A stretch of 63,812 nucleotides of DNA from Candidatus Limnocylindrales bacterium (GTDB lineage Bacteria; Acidobacteriota; Terriglobia; Acidiferrales; UBA7541). The notes beneath the pieces are model-generated. The model ran no database searches and was not told the origin of the DNA. It worked only from the letters and a program-made list of their open reading frames with translations. A program made the position numbers and the translations under genes. The DNA is taken from the NCBI GenBank assembly GCA_035533415.1, contig DATLTU010000014.1, positions 1 to 63,812 of the forward strand, in the 5' to 3' direction. Of this stretch, positions 19,875 to 30,325 are shown piece by piece; position 1 is the first letter of the stretch, and the number at the start of each line of letters is the position of its first letter.

Positions 19875-22430
19875 ATGAGCATTCGTCAGTACACGAATCG
19901 GCCTTCCGAAGCTGCGATTTCTGACGCGCTTGCTGAGTTGGCGTTAGACCTGCGCTGGTCATTCAATCATTCGGCGGATAAGTTCTGGGAGCAACTCGAC
20001 CCTGAACTCTGGGATCTCAGCCATAACCCTTGGATCGTCTTGCAGACCGTGTCGCAGGAAAAGCTTCAAAGTGCTGCCGCTGTCCCGGGTTTCCAAAAAC
20101 TATTGGAAGATCTTCGTCGGGAAAGACGGGCGGCGAAGGAGTCTCCTGCCTGGTTTCAAAAGATGCATCCTGATTCACCTCTCAAAACAGTTGCGTACTT
20201 CTCAATGGAGTTTATGTTGAGTGAGGCGCTGCCGATTTATTCCGGCGGCTTGGGGAACGTCGCTGGCGACCAGCTTAAGACCGCAAGCAATCTGGGCGTT
20301 CCGGTCATCGGTCTGGGTCTGCTCTACCAACAAGGCTACTTTCGGCAGGAAATCGACGCTCAAGGGCAGCAGCAGGCTCTTTATCCGTTCAACGATCCCG
20401 GACAACTGCCGATCACACCGCTGCGTGAACCGAATGGCGAATGGCTGCGTTTCCCGATCTCCTTTCTCGGTTCCCGGCTGTGGATTCGTGTCTGGCAGGT
20501 GCAAATTGGCCGTGCAACGCTATATCTTCTGGACACGAACGATCCCGCAAATACACCCGCGCACCGCGGCATTACCAGCGAACTTTATGGAGGCGGCCCG
20601 GAGTTGCGCCTCAAGCAGGAGCAAGTCCTCGGCATCGGAGGCTGGCGCTTGCTTCGGACCATCGGATTGCAACCTGAGGTCTGCCACCTGAATGAGGGCC
20701 ATGCTGCTTTCGCAGTGCTGGAGCGCGCACGTAGTTTCATGGCCGATAACAAGCAGCCGTTCGATCCAGCCCTCGCGATCACGCGCGCCGGGAACCTCTT
20801 TACCACACACACTCCTGTCGAGGCGGGATTTGATCGTTTTGCTCCTGAACTAATGGAAAAGTACTTTAAGAAGTATGCAGAAGAAGAATTGTTGATTCCG
20901 TTCCCGGACCTGCTTGCGCTCGGGCGGCGGGACCGTAATGATCCGTCGGAGCCGTTTAATATGGCGTATCTGGCGGTTCGTGGTAGCGGCGCCATCAACG
21001 GTGTCAGCCGGCTGCACGGTGAGGTCAGCCGCCGAATCTTTCAGGTGCTGTTTCCGCGATGGCCGGAATTTGAAGTCCCAGTGACGCATGTCACAAACGG
21101 CGTACACACGCCCACGTGGGATTCCGCCGCCGCCGATCGCCTCTGGGAGGCTGCCTGCGGAAAAGAGCGCTGGCGCGGAATTACTGCGGGACTGGAGCAG
21201 AGCCTTCGATGTGTCAGTGATTCCAACTTATGGCAACTGCGCACGAATGCCCGCAAGTCTCTCGTTGGATACGTTCGAAAACGTCACATCCGCCAGTTAG
21301 CAGACCGGGGCGCTTCCCCTGAGGATCTCGCGCTCGCCGCGCAGATACTCGATGCGAATGTCTTGACGCTTGGCTTTGCGCGCCGGTTCGCATCTTACAA
21401 GCGTCCCAATCTGCTTCTCCATGATTCGCAACGCCTCATTCAGATTTTAACGAATCGAGAACGTCCCGTCCAACTTGTTCTGGCTGGGAAGGCGCATCCG
21501 CAAGACGCGAACGGCCAAGACCTGATTCGCGAGTGGATCAATTTCGTCCGTCGCCAGGACGTGCGCCCGCGCGCGGTCTTCCTGAGTGACTATGATGTAT
21601 TGATGGCGGAACATCTCGTTCAAGGCATCGACCTCTGGATTAACACCCCGCGACGCCCTTGGGAAGCAAGTGGTACCAGCGGCATGAAAGTGCTCGTCAA
21701 CGGCGGGCTGAATCTTTCGGAGCTCGATGGCTGGTGGGCGGAAGCATATTCTCCCGACGTGGGTTGGGCCATTGGCGACGGACAGGAGCATGGTGATGAT
21801 CCGTCCTGGGATGCGGCCGAAGCGGATGCCCTCTATCAACTGCTCGAACAAGAGATCATTCCCGAATTTTATAATCGCAACGAAATGGGAATTCCATCCG
21901 GTTGGGTTGCGCGAATGCGGGAAAGCATGGCTCGGTTGACTCCTGCCTTCTCTTCAAATCGCGTCGTACGTCAATATACGGAAGAGCATTACTTGCCAGC
22001 CGCAAAAATTTATTGCGACCGGGCCGCAAACGGCGGCCGGCTCGGCGCCAGTCTGTTCGATTGGCACGCGGAACTCGCAAAGCACTGGCCAAGTTTACGT
22101 TTCGGTTCTGCTATTGCGGAGCAGCGCGGAGGGCGGCATACCTTTCACGTGCAGGTTTATTTTGATGAACTCGATCCAGAGGCTGTCCAAGTTGAACTCT
22201 ATGCGGAAGGCGAGAGCCACGGGCCGCCGGTTCGGGTGCCAATGAGTAAGGACGGGCGCCTCACCGGCTCCGCAAAGGGCTTCGTTTACACTGTGCAAAT
22301 TCCGGCGACTCGCCCCGTGGCGGACTACACTCCGCGAGCGATTCCCCGCCAAACTGGAGCGTCCGTGCCATTGGAGGCGTCGTTCATTCTCTGGCACGAT
22401 TCACCATCGTGGCGAGAATTCCCACGATAG
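19875..22430 (+). CDS. glgP: Alpha-glucan (glycogen/maltodextrin) phosphorylase, GT35
   Basis: Start trimmed to [10 protein letters not shown]. '[15 protein letters not shown]' is the PLP-lysine motif. The ~850-aa length and '[14 protein letters not shown]' are typical of the alpha-glucan phosphorylase subfamily. Confidence 0.9.
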   Translation: MSIRQYTNRPSEAAISDALAELALDLRWSFNHSADKFWEQLDPELWDLSHNPWIVLQTVSQEKLQSAAAVPGFQKLLEDLRRERRAAKESPAWFQKMHPDSPLKTVAYFSMEFMLSEALPIYSGGLGNVAGDQLKTASNLGVPVIGLGLLYQQGYFRQEIDAQGQQQALYPFNDPGQLPITPLREPNGEWLRFPISFLGSRLWIRVWQVQIGRATLYLLDTNDPANTPAHRGITSELYGGGPELRLKQEQVLGIGGWRLLRTIGLQPEVCHLNEGHAAFAVLERARSFMADNKQPFDPALAITRAGNLFTTHTPVEAGFDRFAPELMEKYFKKYAEEELLIPFPDLLALGRRDRNDPSEPFNMAYLAVRGSGAINGVSRLHGEVSRRIFQVLFPRWPEFEVPVTHVTNGVHTPTWDSAAADRLWEAACGKERWRGITAGLEQSLRCVSDSNLWQLRTNARKSLVGYVRKRHIRQLADRGASPEDLALAAQILDANVLTLGFARRFASYKRPNLLLHDSQRLIQILTNRERPVQLVLAGKAHPQDANGQDLIREWINFVRRQDVRPRAVFLSDYDVLMAEHLVQGIDLWINTPRRPWEASGTSGMKVLVNGGLNLSELDGWWAEAYSPDVGWAIGDGQEHGDDPSWDAAEADALYQLLEQEIIPEFYNRNEMGIPSGWVARMRESMARLTPAFSSNRVVRQYTEEHYLPAAKIYCDRAANGGRLGASLFDWHAELAKHWPSLRFGSAIAEQRGGRHTFHVQVYFDELDPEAVQVELYAEGESHGPPVRVPMSKDGRLTGSAKGFVYTVQIPATRPVADYTPRAIPRQTGASVPLEASFILWHDSPSWREFPR

Positions 22431-22482
22431 CCGCCCATGTGAGAGCGAGCCGGTGCGATTTTTGAAAAAGGGGGAAATTACA

Positions 22483-24876
22483 ATGCCTTCTCATGATGCA
22501 GGGCAGGTTCACGCGTCCGTCGGCCCGATCCCCGAGGAAGAGCTCCGCAAAATGGACGCCTACTGGCGCGCCGCGAATTATCTTTCCGTCGGACAGATTT
22601 ATCTCCTCGATAACCCCCTGCTCCACGAGCGGCTGAAGATTGAGCACATTAAGCCGCGCCTGCTGGGTCACTGGGGCACGACGCCGGGACTGAACTTCAT
22701 TTATGTGCATTTCAATCGCCTCATCAAAAAACTTGATCTGAACGTCATTTACATCACTGGCCCGGGACACGGCGGTCCTGGTCTCGTCGCGAATGCGTAC
22801 CTCGAAGGCACCTACAGTGAGTTCTATCCGAACATTCCGCAGACTGCGGATGGCATGAAGCATCTATTCAAACAGTTTTCGTTCCCCGGAGGCATTCCGA
22901 GCCACGTCGCACCCGAAACGCCGGGTTCAATTCACGAAGGCGGCGAACTGGGCTATTCCATCGCGCATGCTTACGGCGCCGCATTCGATAATCCCGACCT
23001 GCTGGTTTGCTGCGTGGTCGGCGACGGTGAAGCGGAGACCGGGCCGCTGGCCGCCAGCTGGCACTCCAATAAATTCTTGAACCCGGCTCGCGACGGAGCT
23101 GTTCTTCCCGTTCTCCATTTGAATGGTTACAAAATCGCGAATCCAACCGTGCTCGGGCGCATGAACGATGATGAGTTGTCTCATCTCTTCCGGGGATACG
23201 GTTACAACCCCTACTTCGTCGAAGGGCATGTGCCTGAAGCCATGCATCAACTCATGGCGCGCACGCTCGATACCATTGTCGATGAAATCGGGGCCATTCA
23301 GCGCGGCGCCCGCGATGGGCGTGCGGCCGGCCTCCCTGTCTGGCCCATGATCATTTTGCGAACGCCAAAGGGGTGGACCGGACCGAAAATAGTCGACGGA
23401 AAACCCGTGGAAAACACTTGGCGCGCCCATCAGGTTCCCGTTACGGATCTCGCGTCGCGGCCGGACCATTTGAAAATCTTGGAAGATTGGATGAAGAGCT
23501 ACCGGGCAGAAGAGCTCTTTGACCGGCGGGGCAAATTAGTTCAGGAGCTGGCCGAGCTCGCCCCGAAGGGCGACCGCCGCATGGGGGCAAATCCGCATGC
23601 GAATGGCGGGTTGCTGCTCAAGGACCTCGTGATGCCCGACTTTCGCGAATATGCAGTGACCGTGCCGAAGCCCGGCGGCCAAGTTGCGGAAGCCACACGA
23701 ATTCTCGGCACCTTCCTCCGCGACCTCATGAAACTGAACTCGGATGAGAAGAATTTCCGGGTTTTTGGACCGGACGAAACGGCCTCAAACCGGCTCGAGG
23801 CTCTCTACGAGGCCACTTCCAAAGTCTTTATGGAGCGGATTCTGCCCACCGACGAGAACCTCTCTCTTGAGGGCCGCGTGATGGAAGTGCTCAGCGAGCA
23901 CATGTGCCAGGGATGGCTCGAAGGCTATCTGTTGACCGGCCGTCACGGTTTCTTCTCCTGCTACGAAGCCTTCATTCACATCGTGGACTCGATGTTCAAC
24001 CAGCACGCAAAATGGCTGAAGGTCACGCGCCGGATACCCTGGCGTCGCCCGATTGCCTCGCTAAACTATCTGCTGACCTCGCATGTTTGGCGCCAGGATC
24101 ACAATGGTTTTAGCCACCAGGACCCCGGCTTCATCGACCACGTCATGAACAAGAAAGCGGATGTCGTGCGCGTCTATCTGCCTCCTGATGCGAACACACT
24201 GCTCTCCGTGGCGGATCACTGCCTTCGTAGCCGTAACTACGTCAACGTTATTGTTGCTGGGAAGCAGCCGGCTCTGCAATGGCTCGACATGGAATCTGCG
24301 ATCGAACATTGCACGAACGGACTCGGGATTTGGGAGTGGGCCAGCACGGATGACGGAAGTGAGCCGGATGTCGTGATGGCCTGCGCTGGGGATATTCCCA
24401 CACTGGAAACCTTAGCAGCCGTGGATCTCTTGCGGACCCATTTCCCAGATATCAAGATCCGTCTCGTAAACGTAGTGGATCTGATGACCTTGCAACCTCA
24501 GAGCGAACATCCTCACGGGATTTCCGATCCAGAGTTCGATTCCATGTTCACAGCCGATAAGCCCATCATCTTCGCTTACCATGGCTATCCGTGGCTGATT
24601 CATCGCCTGACGTATCGACGGACGAATCACGATAATCTGCACGTGCGCGGCTATAAGGAAGAAGGCACGACGACAACTCCATTTGACATGGCTGTATTAA
24701 ATGATCTGGACCGCTTCCATCTGGCCGGAGATGTCGTCGACCGCGTGCCGCGTCTGCGGGAAGTCGGGGCGCATTTCAAACAGTTTCTGCGCAACAAGCT
24801 GGTCGAGCATCGGCAATACATTGTCCGATACGGCGACGACATGCCGGAGATCCGCGACTGGAAATGGCCCTACTGA
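22483..24876 (+). CDS. xfp: Phosphoketolase (xylulose-5-P/fructose-6-P)
   Basis: '[17 protein letters not shown]', '[13 protein letters not shown]' and '[10 protein letters not shown]' are phosphoketolase signatures. About 797 aa. Confidence 0.95.
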   Translation: MPSHDAGQVHASVGPIPEEELRKMDAYWRAANYLSVGQIYLLDNPLLHERLKIEHIKPRLLGHWGTTPGLNFIYVHFNRLIKKLDLNVIYITGPGHGGPGLVANAYLEGTYSEFYPNIPQTADGMKHLFKQFSFPGGIPSHVAPETPGSIHEGGELGYSIAHAYGAAFDNPDLLVCCVVGDGEAETGPLAASWHSNKFLNPARDGAVLPVLHLNGYKIANPTVLGRMNDDELSHLFRGYGYNPYFVEGHVPEAMHQLMARTLDTIVDEIGAIQRGARDGRAAGLPVWPMIILRTPKGWTGPKIVDGKPVENTWRAHQVPVTDLASRPDHLKILEDWMKSYRAEELFDRRGKLVQELAELAPKGDRRMGANPHANGGLLLKDLVMPDFREYAVTVPKPGGQVAEATRILGTFLRDLMKLNSDEKNFRVFGPDETASNRLEALYEATSKVFMERILPTDENLSLEGRVMEVLSEHMCQGWLEGYLLTGRHGFFSCYEAFIHIVDSMFNQHAKWLKVTRRIPWRRPIASLNYLLTSHVWRQDHNGFSHQDPGFIDHVMNKKADVVRVYLPPDANTLLSVADHCLRSRNYVNVIVAGKQPALQWLDMESAIEHCTNGLGIWEWASTDDGSEPDVVMACAGDIPTLETLAAVDLLRTHFPDIKIRLVNVVDLMTLQPQSEHPHGISDPEFDSMFTADKPIIFAYHGYPWLIHRLTYRRTNHDNLHVRGYKEEGTTTTPFDMAVLNDLDRFHLAGDVVDRVPRLREVGAHFKQFLRNKLVEHRQYIVRYGDDMPEIRDWKWPY

Positions 24877-24879
24877 ACG

Positions 24880-26085
24880 ATGAAAATACTCATTCTCAAT
24901 TCCGGTTCCAGCAGCCAGAAGAGCAGTTTATACGACATCGAGGGCCCTCTTCCGGCGCGTCCGCCAAGTCCGGTATGGGAAGCCAGGATCGAATGGGATG
25001 GTCGCACGGCGGAGATTCAGGTGAAGGCCCAAAAAGGCGCCACGTTTCATAGCCGCGTAAAAATTGATTCCCGGCACCAGGCGCTAGAGCAGATGTTTCG
25101 CTCGCTCTGGGAAAGCGACGTTCGCGCGGTCGAGAAGCCCTCGGAAATCCACGTCGTAGGTCATCGGATTGTTCACGGCGGTCGCCGATTCGAAGAGCCG
25201 GTCATCATTACCGCCGAAGTGAAACGCGCCATAGCAAGCGCTTCTGCATTTGCGCCTCTTCACAATCGAGTTGAACTCGAAGGTATCGCGATCATCGAAG
25301 AACTTCTGGGGACGGTTCCTCAGGTCGCGGTCTTCGATACCGCCTTTCATCATAGTCTTCCCTTCGCGGCGGCTGTGTATCCCGGACCCTATGAATGGTT
25401 GGCGCAGGGGATTCGGCGGTACGGCTTTCATGGCATCAACCATCAATACTGTGCCGAGCGCGCGGCGCAACTGCTAGGAAAGCCCCTTACTTCTCTCAGG
25501 CTTGTTTCGTGTCATCTTGGAAATGGTTGTTCGCTTGCAGCCATTGACGGTGGCCGCAGTGTCGACACGACTATGGGGTTCACTCCTCTGGATGGATTGA
25601 TGATGGGCACGCGCTCGGGATCGGTCGATCCGAGCATTCTGACTTACCTGATGCGAGAAAAACGAATCGACGCAGGCCGAGTCGATGAGATTCTCAATAA
25701 CGAGTCCGGCCTCCTCGGCATTTCGGGAGTTTCGAGCGACATGCGCAAGATCTTGGAGGCCATGAACTCGGGGAATGACAGGGCAGAACTGGCCTTTGCT
25801 ATCTTCGTCCATCGTCTCCGGTCCGGCATCGGGTCCATGGTTGCCGCACTCGGCGGTCTGGATGCTCTGATTTTCACGGCGGGAATTGGCGAGAATGCAG
25901 CCGCTGTTCGAGAAGCCGCCTGCGCGCGCTTCAGCCATCTTGGCCTAACGCTGGATGCGGTCAAAAACAGTCAGTCGCCGGTTGATCAAGACATCGCCGA
26001 GCGCGATTCATCCGTGCGCGTGCTGGTCATCCATGCCGAGGAGGATTGGGCTATCGCTCGGGAATGTTGGACGATGACTCAGTAA
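24880..26085 (+). CDS. ackA: Acetate kinase
   Basis: 401 aa. Motifs: 'ILILNSGSSSQK', 'GHRIVHGG', 'RYGFHGINHQY', 'FTAGIGEN'. It begins 4 nt after the xfp stop. Confidence 0.95.
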   Translation: MKILILNSGSSSQKSSLYDIEGPLPARPPSPVWEARIEWDGRTAEIQVKAQKGATFHSRVKIDSRHQALEQMFRSLWESDVRAVEKPSEIHVVGHRIVHGGRRFEEPVIITAEVKRAIASASAFAPLHNRVELEGIAIIEELLGTVPQVAVFDTAFHHSLPFAAAVYPGPYEWLAQGIRRYGFHGINHQYCAERAAQLLGKPLTSLRLVSCHLGNGCSLAAIDGGRSVDTTMGFTPLDGLMMGTRSGSVDPSILTYLMREKRIDAGRVDEILNNESGLLGISGVSSDMRKILEAMNSGNDRAELAFAIFVHRLRSGIGSMVAALGGLDALIFTAGIGENAAAVREAACARFSHLGLTLDAVKNSQSPVDQDIAERDSSVRVLVIHAEEDWAIARECWTMTQ

Positions 26086-26271
26086 GGTTGTCCCTTGGGT
26101 GAGCGGCGAAAAATTCCATTGTTCTTCATCTACCGAAATCGAATCACCGCTCCAGCAAAAGCGTCGAAAATCTCGCTCTTGCGATAAATATTCTGAGCGC
26201 GGATTCCGCCCATAAAATCGCCGTTATGCGTACCGCCTACGCGATACAATCGACTGGCTAGAGGAGGCGAG

Positions 26272-27159
26272 ATGCGCGCGGAAGTCGAGCAGGCGATTCA
26301 AGCGCTCCAGGACAACCAGCCGGGCGCCACCGAGCAAGCTCTCGCTCTCCTGCAGCAGACTGTATTTTCTTTCAGCATGAAAGTCTGTGGCCAGCGCGAG
26401 GATGCGGAAGACACCGCGCAAGAGACATTGCTAAGAGCCATCTCGCAGCTAGCGAGTTTTAGCAGCTCGAAAGCACTGGCCGTCTGGCTCTACAAGGTGG
26501 CGAAGACTCAGTGCCTGATGAGCCGCCGCAAAAGCAAATTCGCTCCTCCGCAGCATCTCTCGCTCGAACTCTTGATGCCAAATCCCCAGGAATTGGAACG
26601 CCTGACGGCCCCCAGTTTTGCAATCCCCGATAAGACCTTGCTGCGTAAGGAACAGACGGAGCAACTGCACAAGGCTATCTTGAAACTTCCGCCCGACTTC
26701 CGGCTCATTCTTGTTTTGCACGATATGGAGGAGCTCTCGACCAAGGAGGTCGCCAGCGTCACAGGATTGCGTGAAGGTACCGTGCGCGTGCGCCTGCACC
26801 GCGCACGAGTGTTTCTACGGAACGTTCTGGCCGGAGCAGGACACTCGACCCACCGAACCACGAAATCGCGTTCCCACCAGCGCAGTCATTGCAAGCAGTT
26901 GTTTCGCGAGCTCTCGGATTATCTCGACGGCGCCCTCGATCCCTCGCGATGCGACGCGCTGGAGCGGCACCTCCCCGATTGCCAGCCCTGCAAGATATTC
27001 CTCAGCAGCCTTGAGCACACGGTCAAGGAATTGCGACGCCGGCAACTCCCTGGACTCAAGGACCGGCCATCTCGCAAGATGCGAACGGCCCTCTTTGCGG
27101 AGTACCGGCGCGCGATTCAAGCATCAGCCCACGCCCCACGGCCTGGAACACCTCGCTAG
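26272..27159 (+). CDS. ECF sigma-70 factor with a C-terminal fused ZAS (zinc anti-sigma) domain
   Basis: RBS GAGGAGG. Region 2 is 'AEDTAQETLLRAI' and region 4 is 'LSTKEVASVTGLREGTVRVRLHRARVFL'. The C-terminal extension 'CKQLFRELSDYLDGALDPSRCDALERHLPDCQPC' is C-x25-H-x3-C-x2-C. No TM segment follows. Confidence 0.8.
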   Translation: MRAEVEQAIQALQDNQPGATEQALALLQQTVFSFSMKVCGQREDAEDTAQETLLRAISQLASFSSSKALAVWLYKVAKTQCLMSRRKSKFAPPQHLSLELLMPNPQELERLTAPSFAIPDKTLLRKEQTEQLHKAILKLPPDFRLILVLHDMEELSTKEVASVTGLREGTVRVRLHRARVFLRNVLAGAGHSTHRTTKSRSHQRSHCKQLFRELSDYLDGALDPSRCDALERHLPDCQPCKIFLSSLEHTVKELRRRQLPGLKDRPSRKMRTALFAEYRRAIQASAHAPRPGTPR

Positions 27160-27406
27160 CCCGAGATTCCGGCTCGATTCTCTCGTCCGCACCTGCAAAC
27201 TCAGCCGCATCGATTGCGGGGAATCGCTGGGAACAGGAAGATACCTACGTCCCCCGGGGAATGCGAACCGTCGCACGGGCCATGGCAGGGTGCCTGCTCC
27301 CACGCGTCGCTGGGGCTTTTCGCGCACCTTAGATATCTCCACGCGTCCGAAGAGACATAAACGTCGCAGTATCAATTAAATAGAAGTTAGCCTTTTGGAA
27401 CGGCAG

Positions 27407-28300
27407 ATGCTTTATCTATTATGTTCGGGAGCAAACAACATGCCAACCGAAACAGTTGAAGCACCTCCCAGCAAAATCGTAGACCACAAACCCGCAGTTG
27501 CCGACACCACAACCCTGCTGCTTCGCCAGCCCGTAACAACGACCGTGCCCGCAAGGCCAGTCTTAGCAACGTCGCTGCTAGAAATGAATCGTATGGGGCG
27601 TCCGCGGCGCGGTGTGGATTACATAGTTTCTCTGATTTTCCATTCGGCCTTGCTCGCACTATTGCTCGTGGTCCCGCTCTACTTTGCGCAGGGACTCCAC
27701 ATGAATCAGTTTGCGACCACGTTCCTTGTTGCACCACCACCCCCACCACCACCTCCTCCGCCTGCCACAGCTGCGCAAGTCGCGGCACAACGGCCTCGGA
27801 CGTCAATCACCAAAGGCGCGATCATCAGCCCAACCGTGATTCCCAAGCAGATCTTGATGGTCAAAGAGGTGCCGTTGCCGGCCGACGTGAGCGCCGGGGT
27901 TGTCGGCGGAGTTCCCGGAGGAGTCCCCGGCGGACAAATTGGCGGAGTCCTCGGCGGAATTCTTGGTGGGCTTCCCAGAGCTGTTCGTCCGCCTGCTCCC
28001 AAGCCGTTGCGGCCAATCCGCATCGGCGGAGATGTAAAACCACCCCGCCTTATCTACGGCCCCAGTCCCGTCTATCCGGCCATTGCCAAGGTCGCGCACA
28101 TCCAGGGCGACGTAATCATCGATGCCATTATTGACACGCGCGGAAACGTTGTTCAGATGCACTTCCTATCCGGGCCACCTCTACTGATGAATGCGGCGAT
28201 GGATGCGGTGAGCCGCTGGAAATATCAGCCGACTCTGCTCAACGGTGAGCCCGTCGCCGTGGAATTTCAGGTGACAGTTCAATTTCAGCTGTCGCAGTAG
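27407..28300 (+). CDS. tonB: TonB-family energy transducer
   Basis: It has a single TM ('IVSLIFHSALLALLLVVPLYF'), a P11 tract, a Gly-rich linker and a C-terminal 'YPAIAKVAHIQGDVIIDAIIDTRGNV...KYQP' TonB_C fold. The start is uncertain (TTG 27395, ATG 27407 or ATG 27440). Confidence 0.85.
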   Translation: MLYLLCSGANNMPTETVEAPPSKIVDHKPAVADTTTLLLRQPVTTTVPARPVLATSLLEMNRMGRPRRGVDYIVSLIFHSALLALLLVVPLYFAQGLHMNQFATTFLVAPPPPPPPPPPATAAQVAAQRPRTSITKGAIISPTVIPKQILMVKEVPLPADVSAGVVGGVPGGVPGGQIGGVLGGILGGLPRAVRPPAPKPLRPIRIGGDVKPPRLIYGPSPVYPAIAKVAHIQGDVIIDAIIDTRGNVVQMHFLSGPPLLMNAAMDAVSRWKYQPTLLNGEPVAVEFQVTVQFQLSQ

Positions 28301-28605
28301 CGCCTCGCTCCTCGAACGCTCGAACCACTGGCAACGGCCCGATGGAAAGCCCTGAAATGCCTCTCAAACTAATCCTAGCGGCTATTCTCCCGCGCCGACA
28401 CCACCAGGGAAACTCGTCCGCCGCACCGGGGCGCGAATGTTGGCGCACGCCACTGCGGCATCTCGCGCACGTGCGACATGGCATCAGCCTCGGTCGCTGT
28501 ATAAATGCTCTCATATCAGACGCCTAGGAACGCCCGACTTGGCACGCAGGGTGCTTTCAGTGCTTCTAGCACATTGGCGCACAGCCAATGCTTTGAGAGG
28601 AGCCC

Positions 28606-29538
28606 ATGAGTACAGCGACCAACGCAGCAGCAGTCAAGGTCACGCCGGCCAGTCGCATAGATGCCGACCATCAAGTTTCGCTCTCCAACATTCTTGTCGC
28701 CACGGACTTCTCTCCCTCATCGGAAACAGCCCTCGGTTACGCGCTCGCGATTGCGCGGCGTTACGAATCGCACGTCTATGTCGCGCACGTCATCCTCCCT
28801 AGCGCCTATCAGTTCGGTGCTCCCGAAGCGATTGAGCCAACATACGATTTGGTGCGCCGGCACGCCGAAGAAGAGATGGCCACGCTGCTCGTCTCAGGCC
28901 GGCTGCGGAGCGTCGTCCATGAAGTTTTGCTGGAAGAGGGCCTGCTCTGGCCCACGCTCGCCAGTATGATTCAGGACCACTCGATTCAGCTCGTGGTCAT
29001 CGGCACCCATGGCCGCACTGGGGCTAGGAAGTTGCTCCTTGGCTCAGCCGCGGAAGAAATTTTCCGCCTGGCCGATGTCCCGGTGATGACCGTTGGCCCG
29101 CAAGTGAAAACCGAGCCGCCGCAAGAAGTCAAACTCAAACGCATCCTCTACGCGACCGACTTCACCGCGAAAGGCGAACGCGCCGCCGCCTATGCTCTCT
29201 CCCTCGCGCAGGAACACCAAGCGGAGTTGACGCTCCTGCACGTCATCGAAAACGGGGACGGCGTATCGTCCAAGAACATCTCGGCGCTGCGCGCGGTGTT
29301 CCTGAAGCGTCTCGATGCGATTGTGCCCCCGGAAGCAAGGTCGTGGTGCGATCCCGCGTGCGTCGTGACCGTGGGGAATTCTGCCGATGAGATTCTTGCC
29401 GTGGCCCGCGCACGCGCGTCGGACTTGATCGTTCTCGGCGTGCGCCATGCTACGGGGTTCGCGGGTCACATTCTCGCGAGCCGCGCCTACAAGGTTGTTT
29501 GCCAGTCGGAGTGCCCCGTGCTCACGGTCCGTGGCTAG
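28606..29538 (+). CDS. Tandem universal stress protein (2x UspA domain)
   Basis: 310 aa. Motifs: 'ILVATDFS', 'IGTHGRTGARKLLLGSAAEEI', second domain 'ILYATDFT...LGVRHATGFAGHILASRAYKV'. Confidence 0.85.
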   Translation: MSTATNAAAVKVTPASRIDADHQVSLSNILVATDFSPSSETALGYALAIARRYESHVYVAHVILPSAYQFGAPEAIEPTYDLVRRHAEEEMATLLVSGRLRSVVHEVLLEEGLLWPTLASMIQDHSIQLVVIGTHGRTGARKLLLGSAAEEIFRLADVPVMTVGPQVKTEPPQEVKLKRILYATDFTAKGERAAAYALSLAQEHQAELTLLHVIENGDGVSSKNISALRAVFLKRLDAIVPPEARSWCDPACVVTVGNSADEILAVARARASDLIVLGVRHATGFAGHILASRAYKVVCQSECPVLTVRG

Positions 29539-29634
29539 CGAAGCCAGCGGCGAAGGTTCGTTCCTGGGGCGCGGCAGGCAATACGCAACACGATTCTTCG
29601 GAGACGCTTTCTCTGTTGTTCGGGAGGAAAGCAA

Positions 29635-30150
29635 GTGAAAGAACAACACATAGTCCGCCAATCCGTCATGGGTCCCACGCCCGTGAAGCTGCTGAAATTT
29701 GAAGAACTCTCCGCCCAAATCGGGGAAATCCGCTGCGCGACAGAACGCCATGCCGTTGCATCCAGTGACCGCGCACGCCGATGGAATCTCGAGGATTGGA
29801 TTCAGGCCGAATTCAAATTCCTGCATCCCGCGCCTTGTGAAGTGACAGCATCGAACGGCGCGATCACCGTTCGCGCCGAGGTTTCCGACTTCAGCGCGGA
29901 AGACCTCAAGGTTAGTGTCGAGCCTTCGCGCGTGGCCATCGTCGGAAAGAAACAACCTGCGAAGGAGCGCGGAGACGAAGCAAAACGCTCAGCCGAATTC
30001 CGCCCCCGCCGCCTGCTCCGCGTTCTTGTCCTCCCGGCGGAAGTAGATCCGGCGAAAGCACAGGCAGTGGTCAAGAACGGCATTCTTGAGGTCATCATGC
30101 CAAAGGTTGCCGCGACCCCGAAAGTGGAGCGTAAATCCAGGGCTGCATAA
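29635..30150 (+). CDS. DUF2934-like N-terminus fused to an Hsp20/alpha-crystallin domain
   Basis: GTG start with RBS GGGAGGAAAG. 'ARRWNLEDWIQAE' matches the DUF2934 'DWL.AE' motif. 'ITVRAEVSDFSAEDLKVSVEPSRVAIVGKK...VVKNGILEVIMPK' is an ACD. Confidence 0.65.
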   Translation: MKEQHIVRQSVMGPTPVKLLKFEELSAQIGEIRCATERHAVASSDRARRWNLEDWIQAEFKFLHPAPCEVTASNGAITVRAEVSDFSAEDLKVSVEPSRVAIVGKKQPAKERGDEAKRSAEFRPRRLLRVLVLPAEVDPAKAQAVVKNGILEVIMPKVAATPKVERKSRAA

Positions 30151-30325
30151 GACTGCCGCATGAAACACCGAGCGAAAGCCCCGCAGCCACACGGGCAAAC
30201 TACCGAACTCTGAATAAGTTTCGGGTGCTATTGATCAAGCAAGCAAGAAGGACAGAGAGACAGTCGGCAGAATCAAGTTGGGTATTTCCGCGCGATCTGC
30301 CGGCATTCCTTCGCGGAGGGTGCCT

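Noticed and set aside
27726-27765. A CCA/CCT-rich low-complexity DNA run, considered as a possible repeat element.
   Set aside because: It simply encodes the P11 tract of TonB. It is not an independent repeat or a CRISPR-like array. No CRISPR arrays were seen anywhere in the window.
28560-28572. The palindrome GTGCTTCTAGCAC upstream of the second USP gene, considered as another CRP/FNR-like site.
   Set aside because: The GTG-to-CAC spacing is 7 nt rather than 8, and the half-sites are GTGC/GCAC. It does not fit the GTGA-N6-TCAC set, so it is kept out of the motif count.
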